From Euprymna scolopes (Eukaryota): a DNA stretch of 64,000 bases. The translations under genes and the position numbers were made by a program. Where the stretch lies: NCBI GenBank assembly GCA_053919585.1, contig CM132803.1. One strand, written 5' to 3'. Of this stretch, positions 52,156-64,000 are shown piece by piece (within the stretch, counting starts at the first letter, position 1; every line of letters begins with the position of its first letter). The notes beneath the pieces were generated by a model. The model saw only the letters and a program-made list of their open reading frames with translations, made no database searches and was not told the DNA's origin.

Positions 52156-52869
52156 TTGTAAAAAATATCTGTTTTGGAGTATTTTTGAATTATATAATAT
52201 TTACAATTGTCAGAATGACTACGAAACAATAGTAACGGATATGAAAATACACAATATGATGTTCTTATTTTATATTTTGTTGTTTTTTTATTTTTGTGAA
52301 ATGAGTATATACGTATATATACATGCATACATATGTATATATGATTTATATTATATAAATATACAGGTGTACACATATATAGCAAAGGTTATATAATTTG
52401 CTGAAATCATTGTGCGTATTGTCCATGAATTTGAATAGAACCGGTGTTGACAATCTGCCTTTGTAAATAACTGTTGGATAAGAGACAAGGCAAACAATGC
52501 AAATCTGAATAATAGAAAATAATCAATACTTTTCAATAAAATTCATTTACTAAAGTAATATACCGAAATACGATTGTATGGTGAGTGTCATATAGTTGGC
52601 ATTTTCGACAGCAACTTTATTTCAAGATAGAAAAAAATAATCCGAATGTATTTTCGAGTGTATTAAAGATATAACAAGATAACTGTTGGAATAGTCTTGA
52701 AAGAATAATTATTAAATATTAATCTAACGTAAAATGTTTACCGATATTTTGTTTCATATTATGACAGTATTGTTTTAATTTTTTATCATACGTATTTTGT
52801 TGGTTCACATCTTATGAACGACACGTAATTGTTAACTCTTCACTGAGGTATTTTGTCATTTAGTCATTT

Positions 52870-53683
52870 AAGAAGAGGAAGAAAATGCATGGAAGGTTCT
52901 TCCAGGATATAGAAGAAGTGGCTGATGAAAGATCATGGCAATGGCTAAGAGTTCGGTATCTGGCTTTTGTTTGTGCAGCACAAGAGCAGGCATTAGAAAC
53001 ACGATTGTTCAGAAAAATGGTTCAAGGATAGGAAGTTGCTGCAGAATGCTGGATTTGTGGTAAGACCTCAGAATCAATTGCGCACCTAGCAGCGGGGTAT
53101 AGTTGATTGGCCCAGAGAGAGTACGACAAAAGACACGATCGCATGGGACTCTGGATATACTGGGATGTGTGTCAGTGGGTTAGGGTGAAGTGCTGGAAAT
53201 TGGTGTGAGGAGGTGTCTGATGAGGTGAGAACAAGTGAGGATTGCGAGTTATGGTGGAACAAAAGTGTCATAACGACCAAGCGACTGGAACATAATCGTC
53301 CATATTTTGTCGTCATTGACAAGATCTAAAAAAACTGGCAGGTTGTAGACTTTTCAGTACCCTGAGACAGGAATGTGAGAGAGAAGAACGAGAATTGGAA
53401 TAATTATGCTCCATTGGCCTTGGAGATAAGGCGTACACACGGGCTTAAACACAAATAATCTCGTTGTAGTTGATACGTTAGGAGTAGTATCAAGTCGTCT
53501 GGAAGGACAATTGAACAAACTAAAAATCCCCGATGTTTTAGGCAGTATTCAGACCTTTGCTAATGTAGGCACAACCAACATCCTTAGGAAAATTCTTGAT
53601 CTTTGAATCTCTTGGTTTGGGGCCTGGATTGAGGCAACTCCTCTGGAAACGAATCCCATCCCTATCCGATAAACGAAATCAAA
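52870..53683 (+). mobile_element. R4/Dong-like element 3' fragment ending at (ATT)n
   Basis: Close paralog of 60985-61810; MHGRFF, CWICGKTSESIAHL, RHD, DFSVP; followed by (ATT)n at 53684-53749. Confidence 0.88.
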
Positions 53684-53749
<66 letters not shown>

Positions 53750-54537
53750 GCTATTGTTTACATTCTTATAATCACCAATATAACGACTTTTCAATTAAAT
53801 TTAATATCGTCTTCTCCCTATTTAATGTTAGGATTGGATGACCTTTAAACATTTTTAAACACGCAATTCATGCCAATCATTCTGTTTAGACTTTTTCTGC
53901 TGTCTAGTTTTTGCCTGCCCATTTATAAAGCTAAGGTGAACTGGCCTGTTGTTTTTTTGTTTTTTTTACTATTTGACTGAAGACCAACTTTGCAATCTTG
54001 TGTCTTTTTCATACTCTTTTAGAGCAATTTTATCGATTTAAGCTGCATTGAACTTCATTTCCTACCGGATTAACAAATAATAAAAAAAAAAAAATATTTA
54101 CACTTGAATGGAATCATAAATGCCGTAGTATCAGGATTTAATTACTCCCGCTGGTTACTGCAAAGGTGTTTGAATTCTGGATTGCGTAATCCGTTCTTTG
54201 AGGTGACAGGATTATATTCACTAACTCATATACATCGCAGAATCGTAGAAATTACCAGCTTGGTAACTAAGGGGCGCCTTTAATTTACTGAGAGGGATGC
54301 AATCTCCAAATAAACTCACCTGACGAGTAGGTGACAAATCAAACTACACGTAATGGTGTAACAGAAACTAGTTGCAAGGCCCCTTCCATAACCTGCGCAT
54401 TGTTGCAGAGAAGGGTGACATGTGACTGATGTGCGACACGAACTTTCGCCTCGTGGATCGCCTAAATTACTTTGTTAGCAGGGTTTGGTCAATCCTGATG
54501 AGAAAAATGCATATTTATATCCAAGTCCTGCCAACAA

Positions 54538-54594
<57 letters not shown>

Positions 54595-54599
<5 letters not shown>

Positions 54600-55341
54600 C
54601 TGAGTGTGTGTGTATGTGTGTGTGTGTTTGATCACGAATAGGCTCTAATATGGTTGACTATTTCAAAAAACTGATTACGTATAATGATAGACGATGTATT
54701 GGGACACAGGAATGGGTAAAGTTGATCAGTTAGAACGGTAGTTCATTAACATTGTGGGGTCTGCGTTCGCGTCTTGTCCAAAAAGTATGGAAATAAAAAA
54801 TTTAAAAAAAAAATTAAAAATAAAAAAAAACGTTTACACGTGTTTTTGATATAGATGCACATAATAATGCTTTGAGAATATGTTTTACCTTAAATAGGGA
54901 TGGTATAATAAAATTGTGGGGGTCCTCGTTCGCGCCTGGCCTCCATAGGATGGAAATAGGCACAAACTTTAATAAAGACATTTCATATCTATCTGCGTAA
55001 GTATACTTTGATAATTATGTTTCAGTTTGAAGACATATGGCATAATAAAATTATGAGGTGTTCGTTCGCGCCTGACCTCCATAGAATGAGAATATGTCAC
55101 AAAGTTTAAAAAGTTTTTAATGTAGATCCACAGAATATTGTGATAAGTGTTTCAGTGTGAACAGGTGTGGTATAATAAATTATGGGGTTTATCTATTTTA
55201 TTTTTACTTTCATCATATTTTGCTTTGGTTTTGATACCCTTAAATTGAAAGCTATCTCTTTACAACCCTTCCTTTTCATAACCTATCATACTTATATAAA
55301 TCAGAATCCATATTCTGTAGGCTGTTTTCGAGCCCAGTTAA
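54595..55341 (+). mobile_element. Non-autonomous Helitron-like element (same family as 18367), 3' end in a gap
   Basis: Reverse complement of 18395-19100; begins at a (TA)n edge. Confidence 0.78.
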
Positions 55342-57904
55342 NNNNNNNNNNNNNNNNNNNNNNNNNNNNNNNNNNNNNNNNNNNNNNNNNNNNNNNNNNN
55401 NNNNNNNNNNNNNNNNNNNNNNNNNNNNNNNNNNNNNNNNNNNNNNNNNNNNNNNNNNNNNNNNNNNNNNNNNNNNNNNNNNNNTATGTATATATTTTCA
55501 AGACATAATAGTTGACTGAGTTTTACCTTCAGTAGCCTCATCAGTTTTGCTTTCCTTAGTTTGTCTCTTAGTGCTGACATTATTCACACAATGTTTCCGA
55601 CGAACAAATAAGTTTTTCTGTTTTCTTGATCGCAATCAATGCATCAAATATTCAGCGTTGGTTAATTTTTTTTTTATTTCGATTTAGTATTGTCTCTGAC
55701 GCATAATAAATAGTACCTTATTCATTCGTATGTGAGTTGCATGTTGTAATACTAGAGGTAAACACTCACTTTCATAGATGTAGAAAACAGCATCCCCTGC
55801 TGATATGATTACATCTTACGACGTTTGGTAATGTTAATCAGACTATTATTTCTAATATATTACTTCATAAATTAGACAATAATTATTACGTTTCAACGTT
55901 CTTATAATGACATTTATTTTTTCTAAATATTCTATATGTTGTGTTTTAAGACAGTACGAACCTGCGAACCTGTAATATCATGTCCACAATCTGCGCACAT
56001 AACTAAAATAATATCGTCTTTTCCTTTTTTTAAGCAGGTATCATACATCACAATACGCCCACGGCAACCGAAAACTTGTACTTAATATTTCAAACCAAAA
56101 TTGCTACGTTGCTTAAAATTACAGGAAATATAAAATTGAATAATGTTTAGTTGGAATCTCACATTAAAAATCGATATTTATTTCTTTTGTGAAAAACGAA
56201 TAATTGTTCACAATTGAATTTCATTCCTTGACAATTGCTCATGATTCGAAATAAGTTTCATATATCAATCTATCTCCGAGGGTGCCTTTTAATGTAAGTA
56301 TTAAGTTTGAATAAAATAAATGGCTTTTTAAAAGGGATCATTTAAACGTCATAAATATGATATCAGCAGAACTTTGTCAAACCGATGCGTTCTTGGAATC
56401 GACAGTATGTAAAATGCTATCAATCTGTTTATCTCTAAAATAATATATGATCATCTTATTCGAAATGCATAATAAATCTGTATTATATATGCTATACAAC
56501 AATGTATCACGAATTGCAGAAACGGTCTTGTAAAGTACCCGACAACTAAATTTGATAAACGAAATAAAAAAAAGTTTTAACGGATATTTGAGGAAAGACA
56601 TGCACATAAAATCACGAGGAAAAGGAGTGAAATTAAATCAGCTTGTAGAACACTCAGGCTTTACTCAAAGTAATGCGTATAATTAAAAGTTAAAAATGTT
56701 ATAATTAAAGTAATAAATATAATAATCCGAAGTTTCAGACGTCAGTCACTCTTCGGAAAACGATTTGCATAGGAATTATGTACTGCTATTTAAATAGATA
56801 AAACCTGTAATGATTAGATAAGCGATTGATTTCAAGACAGGCAGATATATATTTTACAGAGACCGATATAGAAAGGATCAATAAACATTGTATAGACACA
56901 TAAAATCATAGAGTACATATGTGTAATATGTACCGGTTTTAAAGCATTTACGTAAAATAGAGATTTCTATAAAAAACAACATATTAAATAACACACTGTT
57001 CAAAAAGTCGATCGCTGGTAGCTTAACGGATTCAAAAAGCAAGCATCGACTTCAGAAACTGTTTTGTAAATAAATTGAATAATAAAGAAATTAGCGATTA
57101 ATTAAATTTTATTTATAAATGGCGTTGCTGTAAAGTCGAAGAGCAGAGAAAGTTTTGGGGAATTCTAAGAATATAGAACAACTCAATATTATGATAAAGA
57201 TAGGGGCCGCTGAAGTTGCATATTGCATCAAATGTTCAACAATAAAAGTTGTTGAAAGTACAAACACTCATTATTCTACTTTTTATTAAAGGCAGAAATT
57301 AAATATGATCCACCTGCAGTGAGAATTTGGAAGACGTCGAAGTTATGAAAAAACTAATATATCAGAAACAGATGAGAACTTCCACCAAATCAAGAATATT
57401 ACAAGGTGAAGTTACATAAAGATGGATGAATATGCGAAGTGAAAGAAAAAGAAAAATTAAACCTAGAAGTAGACTTTCGGAATGTCATGATAGTTTCACT
57501 AGTCCTTACACAGCAAAGAATTAACCATGTCTGTGGCGTGAGAGAAAAGAAAGCTGGGATTATGTTGTAATCGAAATGATTATTTTTCCAATTATAAAAT
57601 ACATAAAATATGCGTTCACTAAAAAAAGAACAGATAATGGAATGTTATCATTTGGCGGTGAAAGTCCAAGAAAATGTTGAGCGACAGGCAATAAACATAC
57701 TAGCACATCATTATTTTTCATACAGAGAAAGTAAAGTTACTTTGTGACATGAACGACATTATCATTATTATTTTTAATTTTTTTTAATTACTTTTGCGAA
57801 TTAGTCCACCAGACAAATTATTTCTCATAATATTCAATAGAAGATTAATACTATAATTATACATACACAATATGCATAAATTAAAATATAATTTTTAAGT
57901 CAAG

Positions 57905-57963
<59 letters not shown>

Positions 57964-57966
57964 CAT

Positions 57967-58010
57967 CCACATACAGTACTGTTTCGCTGTTTCAAAACTC
58001 ATTAGTGGGG
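57967..58010 (-). ncRNA. Type I minimal hammerhead ribozyme (one core mutation)
   Basis: CCCCA CUAAUGA GUU-UUGAAAC-AGC GAAAC AGUACU GUA UGUGG: palindromic stem III, GUA triplet, stem I 4 of 5 paired. Confidence 0.75.
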
Positions 58011-58027
58011 CTAGACAGGCAACTACC

Positions 58028-58097
58028 TCAAGCCAGGATTGAAACTTGACCTCCTGTACGACAGTCAACGCTCCTAACCGTTACGCTAATCGGTGGC
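58028..58097 (-). pseudogene. tRNA-derived Pol III head of a SINE-like element
   Basis: Minus strand reads ccgatTAGCGTAACGGttaggagcgttgactgtcgtacaggaggtcaaGTTTCAATCCtggc: A box and degenerate B box at tRNA spacing. Confidence 0.7.
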
Positions 58098-58208
58098 TGC
58101 TGTGTGAGTTGGGAATTAACAATGTGTTGACATCGTCCGAAATACCTAAGCTCGATTTGTTTACACAAAGAGCATAGCTTTATACGCCAATATATATATA
58201 TATATATA

Positions 58209-58270
<62 letters not shown>

Positions 58271-58689
58271 AGCAGAGAATACGTCCTATTAATCTGGTTA
58301 AAAAGAAACTGTGAACATTGGAGATGTAAACAGTTTACATCAGTAGAAATACGGCCTTCAATTAATCTGAATGCGTAACTTCAGAGAAGTATGGGGAAAA
58401 AACTCTAAAGCGGTTCCTCCCAATGTACGCCGTACTGGATGTGATTGCTACATATTATTAATCATAAATATTTTTTCTCATGTAAAAAATAGATCGATGT
58501 AAAAAAAACAAATTGCAGAAAAAAAGAAATCTACACAAATAGTCAAAGGAATACAATTGACATAATTGGGTAAATGCAATCAAAAGGCAAGAAAAACGGC
58601 AAATAATATAATATTTAGCCACAGAGGTATACAGTTGTTTTTTAATTGTATATCATCCCTTATTTATATTTTATACCACTGCTTATATA

Positions 58690-61600
58690 AAAAATGGTGA
58701 AATATTATTAAACATAATATTTTCCTCCCTCCATATATGGAGGGGGGGAAGAAGAGTCATGTTTGAATGCTTTGTAAGAAGTGGAAGTACCAAATCTGGT
58801 CGATATATCCGAAAAGTAAAGGAAGAATGGAAATCCAGATGTGGAGGAGGAGCTAGGAGTGTGAAAAGTTTTGTATCTTAGTTACAATCGATTAAAAATA
58901 ATGATTAAAAACAAGAGATTGAACGGAATGAACAAAGTAGTGAAAGTAAAATGGATGGATCCAGCTGTGATTAAAGCATTGCGAGTGGGTAAGTGCAGAA
59001 GAGAAATGTAAGCGATAATATGAAGCGGGCAACTGAGGAGGAATGGAATGCTAAAGTAAGGGGAATTGATGAAAAGGAGTTTGAAGGATTTAAGGCAGAT
59101 GGGATCATTGACTATAAGACAATAGAGCCAGTATAAAAAGAAGTACTTCAGAAGTTAAGAGAGGTTCTTCTTGGAGACGAGACCATGGATACTCCAAACA
59201 TAAAAAGTAGTGATATGTGGAAAGAGAAAAGCGAGGTAAAATTAATTCAAGGCGTAATTCACATCATGAGAAAGAATATCGATTACGGAACTAAAAAGAT
59301 TCTATACACAACGCCATACATTGTTGCGAATCGTCTTGGCTAAACACAGAAGAAAAAGAGGGAAATGAAGGATACCAGTTCATACTGGCAGGGGCGGCTT
59401 GAGGAAAGTATTAAACGGTGGTAAAAATATATTGGTAGAATCGAAAACATAAGAAAAGGAATAAAACAAGGAGAGAAAGCCAAGGATTAGCTTGAAAGAA
59501 GGTATAGAATGCTGGAAATGCGGACCATGACCATTCTAACAATGTTAAAAGAGGGGTTCGTACCGATGGTATGGAAATTAGGAACTTTGTTTGAAAACGT
59601 GTTGAGTTTCGATAGAAAACCACCTTTTCCGTAACAATCAGTCTCAGCTGGCTGGTTGGGAGATGCCAGAGCAAATAGATCAGGAATGCAGCAGATGGAG
59701 AACGTTGAGATGACGTGAACGATGGCATACGAATGATGGCAAACTGGAAGGCACCTGGTTCAGATGGAGACATGGGCGTCTGGTTCAAACAGTTCCAATG
59801 CCTTTATCCACCTGCCCAGCAAAAGGGCATAGAGTTGAGAGATGTGCATGATTGGCTTGGGAAGGACGATGATGATTTGGAAGCATTCTGCAAACGGAAC
59901 ACCTGCCAGCAATTACAGATCAACTTCATGTCTATCACTTATATGGAAGCTGTTTACCGGAATCTCTGCAGAAAACGTTTATGGACACCTTATGAGTAAA
60001 TATGTTTTTCCTGATGAACAGAAAGGTTGGAAAAGCTCGATGGTTACTAAGGAACTACTAATACTTTATAAGGCAGGTAGAAAGAAGAACAAGTGTAGCA
60101 TGGATCGATTACAGAAAGGCTTATGACATGGTTCCGCGTTCATGGATCAGTGAAACACTATCGATGATGGAGGTTGCTAGGAATGTGGAAAACTGTGTTG
60201 AAAGCAAAGAGGGGGGTGCTGGGGCAGTTTGGCATTGAACGGGAAATATTTCAACGATATACGTTATCTCTACTTCTGTTTGTAATGATAATGACGCCAT
60301 TAGGCATCCTCATGAAGGGAGGACAGCTGGGATAGCTTTGGATCTGGTGACAGACGCCTCGACCATCTACTGTTTATAAATGATTTAAAGATATTCGTTT
60401 GAAATGAGAAGGAAATGGAGAGACAAGCAGCGCTTGTAGGGACATTCGAATTGAATAGTGCTGCCAAATGGAGAAATCATGAACATGAAAAAAATACAAG
60501 ACACAGGATATAATTATTTGGGAGTGTTGGAGGGTGTAGGTAGCATGAACAGTGAAATGAAGAAGAAAGTCAGGAAGGAGTACCTAAGAAGAGTGAGACT
60601 AACTGCAATATCGAAACTGTTTGGGGGAAACCTAATGAAAGCAGTGAATGCATGGGAAGTCAGTGTTTTGAGATACAGTACAGGAATTTGCGAATGGTCT
60701 GACAAGGAATGGCATGCTATGGATATCAAAACAAGAAAAGTTTTAGCAATGTTTGGCATATTTCACATTCCAAGTGGCGTAGCGAGACTGTATCAAAAGA
60801 GGGCAGACTGTGGGAGAGGATTGAAAAATGTAAAATATTGTGTTAGAACCAAGGAGATGTCATTGAAGGAGCATGTGGTTAGAAGTGAAGAGTGGATGCT
60901 TAAGGTTGTGGCCAATGGAGCGTAGGTATGTGAGACCAAGGCTGATTATGTAAAACGTATGAATAGAGAAATGACAGAGAGAACTGACTAGGAAGAAAAT
61001 GCATGGAAGGTTCTTCCAGGATATAGAAGAAGTGGTTGATGAAAGATCATGGCAATGGCTAAGAGCTCGGTATCTGGCTAAGTGTCCTAAAGCTTTTGTT
61101 TGTGCAGCACAAGAGCAGGCATTAGAAACACGATTGTTCAGAAAAATGGTTCTAGGAGAGGAAGTTGCTGCAGAATGCTGGATTTATGGTAAGACCGCAG
61201 AATCAATTGCGCACCTTGCAGCAGGTTTTAGTGGACTGGCCCAGAGAATACCACAAAAGACACGATATTATGGGACTCCAAGTATATTGGGAGGTGTGTA
61301 AGAGGGTTTGGGTGAAGTTTGCTGGAAAATAATTTGAGGGGTTGCTGATGACATGAGAACGAGTGAGTATGTCAAGGTAGAGGTATTGCGAGACAAAAGT
61401 GTCATAACGACCAAGTAATTGGAACATAATCGTCCTGATTTTGTCGTCATTGCAAGGTCTAAAACAACTGGCAGATTGTAGACTTTTCAGTAGCCTGGGA
61501 CAGGAATGTGAGATAGAAGGAGAATGAGAAGCGCAGCAATTATGCGTCATGGCCTTGGAGATAAGGCGTATACACGGCGTGAAAACACAAATAATCCCGG

Positions 61601-61831
61601 TCGTAGTTTGTACACTAGGAGTAGTATCAAGTCGTCTGGAAGTACAATTGAAAAGACTAAAAATCCACGACGTTTTAGGTGATCTTCATACCTCTGATAT
61701 GGTGGGTACCACCAACCTCCTTAGGAAAACACTTGATCTTTTAAACTCCTGGTTTGAAGCCGGGATTGAGGGAAATTCTCTGGAAATGAATCCCATCCCT
61801 TTCCAGAGAGAGTTTGATTAATGAATTCAGA
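58690..61831 (+). mobile_element. Near full-length decayed R4/Dong-like non-LTR retrotransposon (RT, CCHC, REL endonuclease) ending at (ATT)n
   Basis: NWKAPGSDG, NYRSTSCL, FPDEQKG, WIDYRKAYDMVP, YNYLGV, RLYQKRADCGRGL, RHD, RPDFVV, MVGTTNLLRKTL; many stops; (ATT)n at 61832-61899. Confidence 0.9.
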
Positions 61832-61899
<68 letters not shown>

Positions 61900-62769
61900 G
61901 GCATCATGATCATCATAATAATAAACATCATGACTTTTCGACAACTTTATAATTACTAATAATCTCAGATTCTGCCCGCGTAAAACTTTCCAATAATCAT
62001 TCCCCACCCTTGTAATAATTACGTCGAATTTAACACTTTACGGCTAGATTTTTTTCGCTCTGTCTAGACAGTATCCGGTCAGAATAATACAAAGGTTTAC
62101 GGCCTGTTTTTTTAAAGCCTGATCTTAATTCTTTGAAATTTAATCTGAAATCACTTTTTCTAATTAGGTTTACACACATTTTTCCCTTTTTTTATTGTTC
62201 GATCCCATTTGACTGGAGATCAATTTCTCTTTGGGCTACTGCACTGTCCGAAAAAAAACAAAACAATTTCCGTTATTTCAGCTTCTTTTAAAACTTTCCA
62301 AACAGACTATAAGCATCAATAAATTGGATTAAATTCTCTCTGAAGAACTATTTTCACCTTTCGGATTACCTTGAGAAAATTTTAATGCAAGCTGAAATAT
62401 TATGCGCGGTTTGTTTTATGTTTCTTCTTTTTTTTTTTTTGGTTTTTTACGCATTTAACATTTTTTCAATTGTTTTCCTTGGCAATATATGACTACAATA
62501 TTATGCAGTTTCACTTAATGCCATAACTACCAAATTATAGCGTTGCTACAAATATGATTGCTGATTTCTTTATGTCATCATATGAGAAAATAGCAAGGAT
62601 AGCATTCTTTGAAACTCCGCGGAATAAGGACTTTGTAAATTGTTTTTGGAGTATTCAGCAGAACAATAAAGTTTGATTGTAACGTAAAACTTACAATTTT
62701 TATTTTCGTTCTCTTTTACATATATATATATATATATATATATATTAAACTTATTTATACAAACATTAA

Positions 62770-62833
62770 TGGCTACATATGTGCATACATGTTTCTGTAA
62801 TCACCCGCGTTGGGAGACTACGTCTTCAGGCCA
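62770..62833 (-). ncRNA. Type I hammerhead ribozyme with full stem III
   Basis: UGGC CUGAAGA C-GUAGUC-U-CCC-AACGC-GGG-U-GAUUAC-A GAA ACAUGU-AUGCAC-AUAUGU A GCCA: intact core, 4-bp stem I, 6-bp stem III, long stem II with one C.A mismatch at its base. Confidence 0.75.
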
Positions 62834-63424
62834 AGGATTACCCTTGAAAACTGATATTTCAATCAAAAACATTTTCCTATTTCGTTTGTAAAGTTAGAAT
62901 ATAACCTGGGTGGGAGTCATAAAGCGGTGAGAGGCCAAGTGAGTTCTTTGAAGATAAAAAAAACATCTTCTTTTTCATTTCCCTTTCTCTTTATCCATCC
63001 CATCTTTTGGTTTTTATGGCATAAGGTACTTGAGAATTTAGTATTTTTGTCTTGCAGTCTGTAAATTAAAAACATTTCCTATGGTCACTGAGTACTGACC
63101 GGTGTCTTTCAATCTACACCCATCCACACACATACATGCACACACACATAGCACACAAACACCCACATCCAAACACACAACCCCCCCGTTAATACAGATA
63201 TTCAGAAGCGAATATATGCTGTTCGTTTTATTTCATACACACACACGCACTGAAACTAGGAAATAACTATAACTACCAAGAATAAAATTAAAATTAAAAT
63301 AAGGTAAATAAAACAAATAAATAAATAAATAAAACAAATAAATAAAAATAAAAAAATAAAAATAAACAAATAAATAAACAAAATAAGAATAAACATAAAC
63401 CTCGAAAGTTATCTAAACTCCACA

Positions 63425-63462
<38 letters not shown>

Positions 63463-64000
63463 TATATTTATAAACGCCTACACTTGCTACACCCGCGCAT
63501 ATATACACACATACAGACATATATAGACATATAATGGTCATATACAGTTATGACATGTTTACATCCATACCTACATACGTAGTAATATCCATACGTAGAA
63601 TCTCAAATCCAGACATCCATGTACACACTTGGGTACCATACATCATGGCTGTCTTATATTTATTATTATTATTGATATCGGTGGTGTCATTATTATTATC
63701 AATATTATAAGTATTATTATTATTAGACTTATTAGTGGGATTAATATTAGTTTTGATATAATATACCTGCTCTGTTTACTCATTGAGAACTCTTTGGTAG
63801 ACACATGTTGTTTCATTGAATGTACTTCTAGNNNNNNNNNNNNNNNNNNNNNNNNNNNNNNNNNNNNNNNNNNNNNNNNNNNNNNNNNNNNNNNNNNNNN
63901 NNNNNNNNNNNNNNNNNNNNNNNNNNNNNNNNNNNNNNNNNNNNNNNNNNNNNNNNNNNNNNNNNNNNNGGCGCTGCGTTTGAAGCTCGGTAAATGAATC

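Noticed and set aside
54320-54500. CUGACGA-stem motif and an HDV-ribozyme-like cctcgtgg
   Set aside because: No GAAA after the stem; P1.1/P2 of an HDV fold could not be built.
55512-55548. Minus-strand CUGAUGA GGCUAC..GUA AAAC UCA GUC
   Set aside because: Lacks the G of GAAA, half of stem II and any stem I pairing; at most a dead remnant.
56722-56760. Resemblance to the Penelope HHR (gtttcagacgt..ctcttcggaaa)
   Set aside because: Core is CCGAAGA, with no valid cleavage triplet or stem I; too degenerate to call.
9816-63997. Many short ORFs rich in YI, CV, N, I or X
   Set aside because: Translations of microsatellites, N-gaps or antisense strands of TE ORFs; not genes.

Overview
Eukaryotic (animal-type), very AT-rich, repeat-saturated DNA with many short N-gaps and (TA)n, (CA)n, (TAA)n microsatellites. 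I could not identify any host protein-coding exon; nearly every interpretable ORF is a transposon remnant. These include at least two CR1-type LINE families (one young 5'-truncated copy with an open 484-aa RT ORF and a 7-bp TSD), several R4/Dong-like REL-endonuclease retroelements ending at triplet microsatellites, a decayed Copia internal region, a Penelope-like element (PLE) interrupted by a CR1, a DD37E Tc1-type remnant, a mariner remnant, non-autonomous Helitrons, MITE/foldback elements and a decayed 5S rRNA copy. The main signal outside the ORF track is a set of seven type I hammerhead ribozyme (HHR) motifs from at least five sequence families. Three unrelated families place the HHR just downstream of a tRNA-like Pol III head (22041-22160 minus; 23294-23744 plus, two copies; 57967-58097 minus), an architecture resembling the schistosome Sm-alpha element. 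Several of these motifs, and the ends of the HHR-bearing PLE, lie in or next to (TA)n tracts. This suggests, as inference only, multiple Pol III retrozyme/SINE families mobilised by Penelope. A second unexplained signal is a GC-rich diverged tandem duplication at 738-1440 with compensatory base-pair changes. All calls come from manual reading without database searches.
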